From Azolla caroliniana (taxonomy: Eukaryota > Plantae > Polypodiophyta), in contig JBHGNT010000052.1 in assembly GCA_043228905.1 (NCBI GenBank), forward strand, positions 1 through 64,000: 64,000 nt of DNA, in the 5' to 3' direction. The notes beneath the pieces were generated by a model. That model worked only from the letters and a program-made list of their open reading frames with translations, searched no databases and was not told the DNA's origin. Every line of letters starts with the position of its first letter. Positions within the stretch are counted from its first letter, which is position 1. Position numbers and translations under genes: made by a program. Positions 11,031 to 22,750 of this stretch are shown here, one piece after another.

Positions 11031-14000
11031 TTGGTCATGGATGATGATGCTACCTATGCTGAGGCTAATATCGCTCATGTGCTTTCTCATACATGGTTGT
11101 TAGACTCTGGTGCTTCATTCCATGTGACTCCACATAGAGAGTGGTTCACACGATACGAAGCTAAATCACTTGGTACAGTACGGCTTGGAGATTCACATCA
11201 GTGTGATGTGATTGGCATCGGAGATGTCATGGTACAATTTTCTGATGGCTCTCAATTTACCATACAAAATGTACGCCATGTGCCTGAGCTAACTCGTAGC
11301 TTATTGTCTGTTGGACAGCTTGATAGCATTGGTTTCAAAGTGATTTTTTCTGCTCAGTCCTTTCGTATTACGAAAGGAAATATGGTTATTGCCAAAGGGA
11401 ACAAAGTTGGCTCCCTTTATCCTTTAGTTGTCCATCAAAAGGAGCATCTTTTGACAGTCACAGAACAACCTATGACTTGTATTTGGCATGGGCGTTTAGG
11501 TCACATGTCTCGCACTGGAATGGAAACGTTATCACGTTTTGGCTATTTACCTATGCTATCATTTGCAAATTTTTCAGTTTGTGAGCATTGTCAATATGGT
11601 AAACAAACTAGAAGTGTGCATCAGAATATTAATTCTGATTCTTCTACTCAACCCTTGGATCTAGTTCATACAGATGTATGTGGCCCTATGCCCACAAGAT
11701 CATTGGGTGGAGCTTTGTACTTTGTTACATTTATTGATGATGCCACAAGAAAGGTTTGGGTGTATCCCATAAAACAAAAGGGCGATGTATACTCTATTTT
11801 CAGAAAATGGCTTGCCTCGGTTGAGACTGAAAAGGGTATAAAGCTTAAGGCTTTACGATCTGATAATGGAGGTGAGTATACCTCTCATGAGTTCAGAGAT
11901 TTTTGTGAGTCTAGAGGCATACGTAGAGAGTTTACTGCCCCTTACACTCCCGTACAAAATGGTGTGGCAGAAAGGATGAATAGAACCATCCAGGACAGGG
12001 TTGTTTCTATGTTGCATCATGCAAATTTGCCGCAAGGTTTTTGGGCTGAAGCAGTTCGGATAGCAGTCCATGTGATAAATCTATCACCTAGTACTGCCAA
12101 GGGCTTGAAAGTAGCGCAAGAGTTGTGGACAGGAAAAAACCCAAACTATGATCATCTTAGGGTATTTGGATGTGAAGCGTATGTTCATGTTCCAAAACAA
12201 TTAAGGCAAAAACTAGATTTTAAAAGCAGGAAATGTATTTTCCTTGGCTATGGCGTAGATGGTCAATTTGGATATCGTTTGTGGGATCCTGAAACGCGCA
12301 CTATAGTGAGAAGTAGTGACGTCGTTTTCAACGAAAAGATTATGCATAAACAGCCAATTAAAGAAGTGGAAGTGAGGAAAGTGACATTTCAAGATGTTAC
12401 ACCCTCTATTAGTGTGCAAAAGGATAACCCCGCACCTATGATGAACAATCCTATAAATGTTCAGCCATATGAGGATGTTCAAAATGAGGATGCATTTGTA
12501 CAATCTGAAAATAGTCCGACTCCGGTTCAGCAACCAGTGAGACGATCTACTCGTGTCTCTAGGCCACCTACTAAGCTCATGGACTATGTGATGTTAACAG
12601 ATGGTGGTGAACCCTCTTGTTATAAGGAAGCTATCTTGGCCAATGATCATGCTAAGTGGGAGTGTGCCATGAAAAATGAATTGGACAGCATTTATAAAAA
12701 TGGTACTTGGGATTTAGTACCTTTGCCGAAGGACAGGAAACCATTGCCATGCAAATGGGTATACAAGTATAAGTATACATCTGATAATGCTTCCCCAAAG
12801 TATAAAGCACGCTTGGTTGCCAAAGGTTTCAAGCAAGAACATGGAATTGATTTTGGTGAAACCTTTTCTCCTGTAGTTAAGATGACTACATTGCGTATGT
12901 TGCTTTCATTGGCTGCAAATCAGAATTTGGAATTAGTCCAAATGGATGTGAAGACTGCCTTTTTACATGGGGATCTTGATGAGGATATTTATATGGAACA
13001 ACCGGAAGGACATGAAGTCTTTGGAAAAGAACATTTGGTATGTAAACTCAAGAAGAGTTTGTATGGGCTTAAGCAGTCCCCTAGACTGTGGTACCAAAAG
13101 TTTGATGCCTTTATGAAGAGTCAAGGATATACTAGAAGCAATGAGGATGCATGTCTTTACACAAAAACATGTTCAGATGGGAGTTTTATCACATTGATAC
13201 TATATGTTGATGACATGCTTATAGTTGGTAAAAACAAGGGTGAGTTATCCTTGTTGAAGAAAAATTTGGGCCAGAATTTTGACATGAAGGATTTGGGAGA
13301 TGCAAAACATATTCTTGGTATGCGTATTACTCGTGATAGGAGTAAGCGATGCATCTACTTGTCTCAGGCTGAGTACATATCGAAAGTGCTCAAGAGGTTT
13401 AATATGGAGAGTGCGAAGCCATTGAGCACTCCATTGCCTACATATGTAAAACTGAGTACATGTGATTGCCCCACATCTGATGAGGACAAGGAGTTCATGT
13501 CCAAGGTTCCTTATCAATCAGCAGTTGGGAGTCTTATGTATGCCATGGTGGCTACTAGACCAGACATTGCATTTGCAGTGGGAGCCGTAAGTCGATTCAT
13601 GTCAAACCCTGGTAAGAAACACTGGGATGCAGTCAAGTTGATACTAAGATATTTGAGTGGCACTAAGGATAAGTGCCTTTGTTTGGGCAAAGGGGACGCC
13701 TATATCATTGGATATACAGATTCAGATTATGCCGGATGCGCTGATAGTAGGAAATCTACTTCAGGGTACATATTTCAGATTATGGGAGGTGTTATTGCTT
13801 GGAGATCTCGTCTTCAAGATTGTGTCGCATTGTCAACAACAGAGGCTGAGTATGTTGCAGCCAGTGAGGCATGTAAGGAAGCGGTTTGGCTGTCTCGTTT
13901 AGCTAGCGACATGGGTATACCGCAACATGTACCCAAACTGTTTTGTGATAGTCAAAGTGCCATTGCTTTGGCGAAGAATCCGGTATATCATGCGAAGACT

Positions 14001-14162
14001 AAACATATTGGAGTGCGATACCATTTTATTCGGGAATGCATAGCTAATAGTTGTATTAGCCTTGAGAAGGTTGTTTCTCGCGAAAATGCTGCAGATGCAT
14101 TGACTAAGGCCTTACCACAAGATGCATTGGAGCATTGTTGTTACTTGATGGGCATTACTTAG
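11031..14162 (+). CDS. Copia pol polyprotein (protease, GAG-pre-integrase, integrase, reverse transcriptase, RNase H), open 1043-aa frame
   Basis: WLLDSGASFH (protease); WHGRLGH...CEHC (integrase zinc finger); HTDVCGP, LRSDNGGEY, QNGVAERMNRT (rve); YKARLVAKG, QMDVKTAFLHG, LYVDDML (RT); GYTDSDYAG, ENAADALTK (RNase H). Confidence 0.95.
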   Translation: MVMDDDATYAEANIAHVLSHTWLLDSGASFHVTPHREWFTRYEAKSLGTVRLGDSHQCDVIGIGDVMVQFSDGSQFTIQNVRHVPELTRSLLSVGQLDSIGFKVIFSAQSFRITKGNMVIAKGNKVGSLYPLVVHQKEHLLTVTEQPMTCIWHGRLGHMSRTGMETLSRFGYLPMLSFANFSVCEHCQYGKQTRSVHQNINSDSSTQPLDLVHTDVCGPMPTRSLGGALYFVTFIDDATRKVWVYPIKQKGDVYSIFRKWLASVETEKGIKLKALRSDNGGEYTSHEFRDFCESRGIRREFTAPYTPVQNGVAERMNRTIQDRVVSMLHHANLPQGFWAEAVRIAVHVINLSPSTAKGLKVAQELWTGKNPNYDHLRVFGCEAYVHVPKQLRQKLDFKSRKCIFLGYGVDGQFGYRLWDPETRTIVRSSDVVFNEKIMHKQPIKEVEVRKVTFQDVTPSISVQKDNPAPMMNNPINVQPYEDVQNEDAFVQSENSPTPVQQPVRRSTRVSRPPTKLMDYVMLTDGGEPSCYKEAILANDHAKWECAMKNELDSIYKNGTWDLVPLPKDRKPLPCKWVYKYKYTSDNASPKYKARLVAKGFKQEHGIDFGETFSPVVKMTTLRMLLSLAANQNLELVQMDVKTAFLHGDLDEDIYMEQPEGHEVFGKEHLVCKLKKSLYGLKQSPRLWYQKFDAFMKSQGYTRSNEDACLYTKTCSDGSFITLILYVDDMLIVGKNKGELSLLKKNLGQNFDMKDLGDAKHILGMRITRDRSKRCIYLSQAEYISKVLKRFNMESAKPLSTPLPTYVKLSTCDCPTSDEDKEFMSKVPYQSAVGSLMYAMVATRPDIAFAVGAVSRFMSNPGKKHWDAVKLILRYLSGTKDKCLCLGKGDAYIIGYTDSDYAGCADSRKSTSGYIFQIMGGVIAWRSRLQDCVALSTTEAEYVAASEACKEAVWLSRLASDMGIPQHVPKLFCDSQSAIALAKNPVYHAKTKHIGVRYHFIRECIANSCISLEKVVSRENAADALTKALPQDALEHCCYLMGIT

Positions 14163-14291
14163 TACCTTACGTTACACACTTGTCATGTACATTGTGTAAC
14201 ATGCCCATCAGGTGGGAGGTATAGGTCTAGGTCGTGTAGAAGTCAACCTTCCATTATTTGTACTCCTAGTTTAGGCCTTTTAGTGGGAGAT

Positions 14292-14630
14292 TGTTATACA
14301 TGTATCCCCAATGCATGTAAGTGTGAAAAGGCCAAAACTGGTCTTTCACTTAGTTGTGTGGGGAGTGAGAGAGAGTGAGTTTTTTGTGTGTGTGAGAGAG
14401 CGAGTGTCTCTGTGCTCTCTGTGTGTGGTTTTCCCCCTTTTCTCTGTTGCTTTTCTGTGTTGCAGAGATTCAGCTCTCTCTCCCCTTGTAATCCCCACCT
14501 AGCAAGAGTTGAACCCCCTTTGTCATCCACCTCTCTATTCCTCTTGTTCATCCCTTCATCCTTCACTATCTGTGTATTTCGTTTAAGAGCATATTATCTC
14601 TTGAATTTTCTGCTCTATTGAGTGTTATCA
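14292..14630 (+). repeat. 3' LTR of copia element
   Basis: TGTTATACATGTATCCCC...GAGTGTTATCA followed by TSD TAAAC. Confidence 0.92.
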
Positions 14631-15300
14631 TAAACCCAAACCACACAATCCTAGAAATTGATTAAAACCAGCAGTGCCTGTTGTAAAACTCACCCATATT
14701 CATTTTGACGATGCTATCTTGTCACATCCAATGTATATGCGCAAGGATGTAAAACAGATGACACAAATAAAAAACACGCTGGTGACGGCATCATCCATGT
14801 ACCCTTTGCATCTTAATTGGTTAGAACTGAATTATTGATGACTAGGTTGATGGAGAGGAGGTTGCATAAAACAATGCATCATTCAATTTTGTGGTTGGGG
14901 CTCTGATACAATACAAACAAAACTACTATGATATAAATTTTAAGCATAATTATGATATCAGAGATCCTACAATTGTACTAGACTCACAATATACCATCGG
15001 GCTCAAATTCTCCATCCCAATTTTGCATTTAGCTAACAATTTTGTTTAGCACGTGTTTAATCTTAAGTATGTTTGTATCATGTTGTGTTCACATTAAAAT
15101 GTGATTGACCACATTGTCAAATCCATCAAAATGCCACACATTGCAATTCTTATGAGATCTCAAATTCAAATGTGATTAACATGGCTGGAGGAATGTATCG
15201 TTGAATCCTAACATATCCGTACATGGCCGTGACAATTTTTACATTATGAATCGTCAAATGACAATCACCCTAGAATGAAGTCCACGAGACTTCCTTTAAA

Positions 15301-18300
15301 GTTCTATGAACCCCCGTGGATTTATATCATCTTGTTCATTGCATTTGAGCTTGTGTTCCTGAATGATGTCATGTTCTCTCCTTCCTTGCTGCTTTTCTCA
15401 TTTTGAATTTAGAAAGCCAACTGGAAAAATGCTGTTGTGGCAAGATTTAAATTCCAATAAATGCTTGGTTATCGTATCTTAATGGATTCGTTTTAAACCT
15501 GAAAAATGCTGATGTGGAAAGGTCTGGTTGGTTTTGATACTCTGTTCTTTCATACAATATCCATCTGAATCAATGGTAGAAGTTGCACAACCAAAGCCTA
15601 TGATGAATTTGGATACAGTTGCTGCTTTTTATTTCTTATATGAAGGGTTTAGGTTTAACTACAGTAATAGGTTTGTGTATGATACATTGCATCGTAAGAA
15701 ACCGTTAAGTGCTTGGGTATGTGCTACCATTGTTTCAACTAGTAAAAGATGTGTTTTTTGTTGGCTGTTTTTATTTCTTATATGAATAGTTCAATGATCC
15801 CCCGTGGATTTATATCATCTTGTTCATTGCATTTGAGCTTGTGTTCCTGAATGATGTCATGTTCTCTCCTTCCTTGCTGCTTTTCTCATTTTGAATTTAG
15901 AAAGCCAACTGGAAAAATGCTGTTGTGGCAAGATTTAAATTCCAAGAAATGCTTGGTTATGGTATCTTAATGGAATCGTTTTAAACCTGAAAATTGCTGA
16001 TGGGTAAAGGTCTGGTTGGTTTTGATACTCTGTTCTTTCATACAATATCCATCTGAATCAATGGTAGAAATTGCACAACCAAAGCCTATGATGAATTTGG
16101 ATACAGTTGCTGCTTTTTATTTCTTATATGAAGTGTTTAGGTTTAACTACAGTAATAGGTTTGTGTATGATACATTGCATCGTAAGAAACCGTTAAGTGC
16201 TTGGGTATGTGCTACCATTGTTTCAACTAGTAAAAGATGAGTTTTTTGTTGGCTGTTTTTATTTCTTATATAAAAAGTTCTATGAACCCCCGTGGATTTA
16301 TATCATCTTGTTCATTGCATTTGAGCTTGTGTTCCTGAATGATGTCATGTTCTCTCCTTCCTTGCTGCTTTTCTCATTTTGAATTTAGAAAGCCAACTGG
16401 AAAAATGCTGTTGTGGCAAGATTTAAATTCCAATAAATGCTTGGTTATCGTATCTTAATGGATTCGTTTTAAACCTGAAAAATGCTGATGTGGAAAGGTC
16501 TGGTTGGTTTTGATACTCTGTTCTTTCATACAATATCCATCTGAATCAATGGTAGAAGTTGCACAACCAAAGCCTATGATGAATTTGGATACAGTTGCTG
16601 CTTTTTATTTCTTATATGAAGGGTTTAGGTTTAACTACAGTAATAGGTTTGTGTATGATACATTGCATCGTAAGAAACCGTTAAGTGCTTGGGTATGTGC
16701 TACCATTGTTTCAACTAGTAAAAGATGTGTTTTTTGTTGGCTGTTTTTATTTCTTATATGAATAGTTCAATGATCCCCCGTGGATTTATATCATCTTGTT
16801 CATTGCATTTGAGCTTGTGTTCCTGAATGATGTCATGTTCTCTCCTTCCTTGCTGCTTTTCTCATTTTGAATTTAGAAAGCCAACTGGAAAAATGCTGTT
16901 GTGGCAAGATTTAAATTCCAACAAATGCTTGGTTATCGTATCTTAATGGAATCGTTTTAAACCTGAAACTTGCTGATGTGGAAAGGTCTGGTTGGTTTTG
17001 ATACTCTGTTCTTTCATACAATATCCATCTGAATCAATGGTAGAAATTGCACAACCAAAGCCTATGATGAATTTGGATACAGTTGCTGCTTTTTATTTCT
17101 TATATGAAGGGTTTAGGTTTAACTACAGTAATAGGTTTGTGTATGATACATTGCATCGTAAGAAACCGTTAAGTGCTTGGGTATGTGCTACCATTGTTTC
17201 AGCTAGTAAAAGATGAGTTTTTTGTTGGCTGTTTTTATTTCTTATATAAAAAGTTCTATGAACCCCCGTGGATTTATATCATCTTGTTCATTGCATTTGA
17301 GCTTGTGTTCCTGAATGATGTCATGTTCTCTCCTTCCTTGCTGCTTTTCTCATTTTGAATTTAGAAAGCCAACTGGAAAAATGCTGTTGTGGCAAGATTT
17401 AAATTCCAATAAATGCTTGGTTATCGTATCTTAATGGATTCGTTTTAAACCTGAAACTTGCTGATGTGGAAAGGTCTGGTTGGTTTTGATACTCTGTTCT
17501 TTCATACAATATCCATCTGAATCAATGGTAGAAGTTGCACAACCAAAGCCTATGATGAATTTGGATACAGTTGCTGCTTTTTATTTCTTATATGAAGGGT
17601 TTAGGTTTAACTACAGTAATAGGTTTGTGTATGATACATTGCATCGTAAGAAACCGTTAAGTGCTTGGGTATGTGCTACCATTGTTTCAACTAGTAAAAG
17701 ATGTGTTTTTTGTTGGCTGTTTTTATTTCTTATATGAATAGTTCAATGATCCCCCGTGGATTTATATCATCTTGTTCATTGCATTTGAGCTTGTGTTCCT
17801 GAATGATGTCATGTTCTCTCCTTCCTTGCTGCTTTTCTCATTTTGAATTTAGAAAGCCAACTGGAAAAATGCTGTTGTGGCAAGATTTAAATTCCAAGAA
17901 ATGCTTGGTTATGGTATCTTAATGGAATCGTTTTAAACCTGAAAATTGCTGATGGGTAAAGGTCTGGTTGGTTTTGATACTCTGTTCTTTCATACAATAT
18001 CCATCTGAATCAATGGTAGAAATTGCACAACCAAAGCCTATGAGTAATTTGGATACAGTTGCTGCTTTTTATTTCTTATATGAAGTGTTTAGGTTTAACT
18101 ACAGTAATAGGTTTGTGTATGATACATTGCATCGTAAGAAACCGCTAAGTGCTTGGGTATGTGCTACCATTGTTTCAACTAGTAAAAGATGTGTTTTTTG
18201 TTGGCTGTTTTTATTTCTTATATAAAAAGTTCTTTCATACAATATTCATCTGAATCAATGGTAGAAATTGCACAACCAAAGCCTATCATAAATTTGGATA

Positions 18301-18307
18301 CAGTTGC
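15301..18307. repeat. 488-bp tandem repeat, 6 copies plus a partial, with alternating A/B (976-bp) variants
   Basis: Units start at ~15301, 15789, 16277, 16765, 17253 and 17741; ORF track offsets are 488. Odd units carry GTTCTATGAACCCC and GAAGTTGCAC, even units GTTCAATGATCCCC and GAAATTGCAC. A partial internal copy spans ~18229-18307. Confidence 0.96.
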
Positions 18308-18401
18308 ACCGTGTTTTATTTGCTAGAATAAATTAAGAATAGTCTTGCGTGCCTAAAAATTAGGATAGATTTTTTATGTCTTCTATGTGCTACAATAACA
18401 G

Positions 18402-18768
18402 GTGGATCAAACACGAATAAAAGATGATCTTTTTTGAACTTGGGAAGTTCTCACGGAGCCTATACAAACGGTTTGTTTACTAATTATGATGATCGTAATG
18501 CAGTATGAACATTTTCTATATTACGGATGCAGTTTTTATTGAGGTGATAAAATGGATGTGAAATTTTTTGCAGGTCATGCGGGAATTTTGTGTTTCTGAA
18601 GCATACGAAAAGCTAAAGGCTCTTACTCGAGGAAATACAATAGGAAAAGAGGATTTGCAACTATTCATCGATAGTTTAGATATTCATTCAGACGTTAAAC
18701 ATGAATTGCTACAGCTTACACCTGAAACGTATATTGGTTTAGCAGCTGAACTTGGGAACAACATCTAA
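18402..18768 (+). pseudogene. purB: Adenylosuccinate lyase (ADSL/PurB) pseudogene fragment, last two exons
   Basis: Exon 18402-18470 after AG reads VDQTRIKDDLF*TWEVLTEPIQT (in-frame TGA at 18435); GT-AG intron 18471-18573; exon 18574-18768 reads VMREFCVSEAYEKLKALTRGNTIGKEDLQLFIDSL...LLQLTPETYIGLAAEL. This matches the PurB C-terminal signature WEVLAEPIQTVMR..YEKLKELTRG..LTP..YIG.A. Confidence 0.85.
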
Positions 18769-18863
18769 TTTGCCTCTTCCAAGGTCAAATCAGTATTTTT
18801 TGTGAGCCGGAAGTTAAGAGGCAATAATTTAATTCTTCTTGATAAGATGTGTTTGGGTTGAGG

Positions 18864-18898
18864 GGGTTTAGGGTTTAGTTTAGGGTTTAGGGTTTAGG
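18864..18898 (+). repeat. Short interstitial telomeric repeat (TTTAGGG)n
   Basis: GGGTTTAGGGTTTAGTTTAGGGTTTAGGGTTTAGG. Confidence 0.75.
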
Positions 18899-20057
18899 AC
18901 TTCAAGAGTCTCAAATGTTAATTGCAACAAAATGTTTTTGGTCTTTAACTTTGGAGATTTTGGTCTCCAAAACCAAACCTTAGAAACTTTTTGTGGTTGG
19001 CAATTTGTGTAATTTGAAGTTTTAAGTATTTTCAAAACACATTTATATCAATTGTTATTTTGGTAGTGGAATTTTTAATGCTTTGATGACAGAGGTTGTC
19101 AGAATCGGGCTATGGGAAACTCCCGTAGTTTTTTAGAAAAAGATCTAATAGTGCAAATTGCACTTGGCCTCTGAAATGCACCCTACACTGTTGTGGCCGT
19201 GATTCTCTCACCAAGCCTTATTATCAGTTGGGTGCTAATAAACACAAGCCTTCTACATACGGACATACATATACTTACTTTATGAGCCCGCCGAATCCCA
19301 CGAAAACTAGAGATTGTGAGTTACATACATATGTAGAAACCTCTAATTGTGTTTTGTGGCCAAAAGACCCTTTTGCTCATCTAACAAGTGAATGGTGTTC
19401 CCATTGGTCGGTCCTATGAAAGAGTTGCGAGTAATTTCACAAGTTCTCACTCTTTCTCTCTATGTGTGCATGTGCATGTGTGGATGCATGTCTTGATGTA
19501 GTTTTTATGCCAAAGGTTTTGTTTATGATGAAATTAGGTGTCGGGTCGTGACATATGTGGCTGATCGTGATGACCACATACACATAAGCATTAATTAGAT
19601 GTTTTTGATCCTTGCCCCGATGACACAATGACTCACCTTTGTTTCTTTACACAATACATTGTCATATAACAATTATCCCCATATTTGCAATCCTATTCTA
19701 AAAGCCTGAACATCATGGTTGGTTTTGACACATTGAACCAAATCCTTTCTTCTTCTTCTTTTTAATAACAAGCTCCTCCCCCTTCTTCGCAATGTGTTGT
19801 TTTAATAGCAAACGATTAGCACACATGTGGTTACCCCGCCATAAAACCCTACATCGTTTACAATTGTTTTTATTACAATCTTTGAACAAATTATTTGAAT
19901 GTATTCCTTTGTCTTTACACATCTAGATTGTTCACCTTTCATGTTGGCAATGCGCAGACAAAAGAGAGGTATTGGGCTTGACTCAGAGTCACGTGAAAGC
20001 TCGAGAAACATGTCTTTCACATAGCGAATTCTTGTGGTATTGAATTGAAGGTATTGC

Positions 20058-20392
20058 CAACCCAATCCAACCAAACCATATCCTACAAATTGAACCATAT
20101 CATGCTGAATTAAGCCCAATTAAACCAAACCATACCATACCAAAATGAAACCAAGCCATACAAGACCATACCACACCAAATTAAACTAAATCAAACATAC
20201 TATACCATACCGGACCAAATTAAACCCAATAAAACATACCATACCAAATTAAACCAAATCAAACATACCATACCGGACCTAATTAAACCCAATCAAACAT
20301 ACCATACCACACCATACCAAATTAAACCAAATCAAACATACCATACCATACCATACCATACTATACTATACCAAACCAAACCATAACCATAT
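20058..20392. repeat. Degenerate pentamer simple repeat (CCATA/CCAAA)n
   Basis: Runs such as ACCATACCATACCATACCATACTATACTATACCAAACCAAACCATA with interspersed AATTAAACC units. Confidence 0.85.
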
Positions 20393-20983
20393 CACAAATT
20401 TCACACCAAGATAGCTGCCTCGATAGGCAAATGATCGATTTGAAGGAAATATTTACGTTTTTTCATGCGGAAGAGAAGCATGTGTCCATCAAGCGAGATC
20501 TTGAGGAGGAAGTACATAATCATTACGTTACTTCAAGAGGGATTGAAGGAGGGTATTTCTGGTAAATATCTAAAAGTTTGAAATCAGAAAGAAGAGAAAA
20601 AAGAACACACACACAAACAGTTAGGGGCCTCTTTTTCTGTGTATTAATGGAAATAGATTTGATTCATTTCCATTTTTGGGCGATTTTCACAGCTGCAGAG
20701 AGAAGCAAGAAAGACGAATCAGAGAAGAAGAAGGAAAAGAAAAAACCTTCTATCTTTGAAGCATTCCTCAGAGAGTAAAATTTTTTCCTTGTTTCTCGTG
20801 TGCGCTTCTTGTTATTACTAGTGTCGCCGACCTTTCAACAAACAGTCGCTTGAGGTCCGCTTCGCGGCTCGCGGCGTGTTCCCGTAGCTGGCCAAGAATG
20901 TTGTTGTGGTTCTGTTCTACCAACTTGGCCAGAGCGATCTGGGCCTTAAGCTCCTCTTGGTAGTCTCGAAGGGGAGGCCCTGT

Positions 20984-22750
20984 CTAGGTTGCTGGTTGCT
21001 GGATTTGGGGCGAGGGCACCCTGTCTGTCTGTGTAAATCGTTCCATGACAACTGGTGGTGGTGGCGTTTGTGTGGAGGCGTGGCTGGTTTGGGGGTGCGG
21101 GCTAATATTTGCCCGTGATGATGGCTCGCTTGTCTGCACCAAGTCCGTCATTGTGCTGGCATCGACCGTGGCTACCTTGGGGTGAGAGGTGTCTTCTGTG
21201 TGTGCTTTGGTATCTGCAGCACTCAGGCTCGGGTTTAGAAGAGTGGCTGGTGAGCCAACGTCACTCGGCGCAGGGAGGCTTAAGGGCGGATGTTGTGGAT
21301 GTTGCTGCTGGAATGTTGCCAGTTTCTCCTCAACGGTTTGCCATAGCTCGGTAGCCTGCTTGGCTTGCTGATGCGCTGTTTTGATACGTCGGGCCATGTC
21401 CTTGGCTGCTTGAGTAGTGTGGTGCAGATTGCGATATGCCTCGACTAAGGTCATGTTCAGATCTAGTAGTTCCATGAGGAGCGAAGCATTTTGTGCTTGC
21501 TTCTTCCGTCCTATCTTTTGTAAGGCTCGATCCTCGTGAGGTTCGATTTTACCCATTAGAGCGTGTTGAATCATCTTTGTTTCGGTGTGCTCCTTGACCA
21601 TACGAGCGACGATAGCTACTTGGGCGCGCGCGAGGAAATCCATTAACTCATATGTTGTGCCCAGTCGAAGTAGTGCACTGAACTCGTATGCCTCCGCGGG
21701 GAGATCTTTGTAATTGAGGACTTCCTCCTCTGATATCTGCGTGGTTTGTCCATGCTCGATCGTACCGACTTGGAGCCATGACTCCGCTGGTACCATGTCC
21801 GTGGAGGTTGGACTGGCCTCTTTTGATTTCTGATGATGGTCGCCCTCGGTCTCTGTGGTTGTATCTCGAATGATGCAACGTCTTCTTGGCGACTGATCTT
21901 GTGCGTCCAGGGCTGGTGGTGTTGGCTCCTCGGCCTGTTTCCTCTTTTGTTGCCGGATGGCCGAGGGTTGTTGGCTTGAGGGCCGTGGGCTCGGTTGTGG
22001 AGAGGTCATTGATGTCCTTGGTGGTTTTTGGCGTATGGTGACATCCTCGGGGATGGGCTGCTCAGCCTCATCCCATTCGACATGGGTCGCTGTTACCACC
22101 CGTTGTTTCTGTGTATTTGGTGGGGGTGGTGCCGAGGCGGAAGTGGGGTTCCGAATGCTTAAGGGAGATGGAGAAGGCGAGGGGTCTTCACATTCTTCCT
22201 AGGTTATTGCCAAAATTTTCTCCCATTGTTTCCTTGGTGGTGGTGGAGAGGTCAGGATGCGACGAGGGGAAACCGAAGGAGGTGGGTAGAGGACTACGAG
22301 AAAGTGATTGATCACAGGCAACAAACCCTTACCGGTTTGAAAATATTCGAGCGCCGCACAGACTCCTTCGCCTGTGATGATTCCCCAATCGATTTTGTTT
22401 CCCTTGTATTCACTGATAATGATCGCCGCTTTGTTCTGTGGCATACTTGTAGGGTTGGTATGCACGAACGCGTACTCCATTAGGATGTGAGCGATAGGCC
22501 TTACCAAATATGGAATACGCACCAAAGTATTTCTTCAGGGTCGTGGAAGGGGGAATCTCTACTTCATGATCACCTCCTCGCTTCAGGTCCAAGGCAACAC
22601 GAATCATATTGTTGGTGACTGTGTCCAGGTGGATTCGGCGTGCAACCGCTTGGGCATCAGAGTGTGTAGGGGCATCGATCACCTTTAAATAACCACCCAA
22701 TCCTCATTCCTGAAGCTAGGAGTGGGTTTCCTGTGAAGTTGCAAGAGGCA
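20984..22750 (-). pseudogene. Decayed additional ORF downstream of gypsy pol (unknown function)
   Basis: ORFs 22199-22525 and 20984-22099 are in the same frame, separated by one stop; 22410-22700 joins by a frameshift. Contains KGNKIDWGII, a proline/serine-rich linker and a coiled-coil-like segment. Confidence 0.6.

Larger units (their letters stand above)
9920..14630 (+). mobile_element. Ty1/copia LTR retrotransposon, gag-less with chimeric 5' LTR
   Basis: TG...CA termini (TGTTATAC...GTTATCA); 5-bp TSD TAAAC at 9915-9919 and 14631-14635; PBS TGGTATCAGAGC after the 5' LTR; purine-rich AGTGGGAGAT before the 3' LTR; pol in PR-INT-RT-RH order. Confidence 0.95.

Noticed and set aside
14898-14912. 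GCTCTGATACA resembling a reverse tRNA-Met PBS
   Set aside because: Imperfect match with no associated LTR pair or coding remnants identified.
15301-18307. Possible CRISPR-like or coding repeat (85-aa ORFs)
   Set aside because: Units are contiguous with no unique spacers, the context is eukaryotic, and the ORFs start at non-ATG codons and vary by stops.
19097-19553. TGTCA…TGACA-bounded segment resembling a solo LTR
   Set aside because: Flanks (GAGGT versus TATGT) do not form a TSD and no second copy is present in the window.
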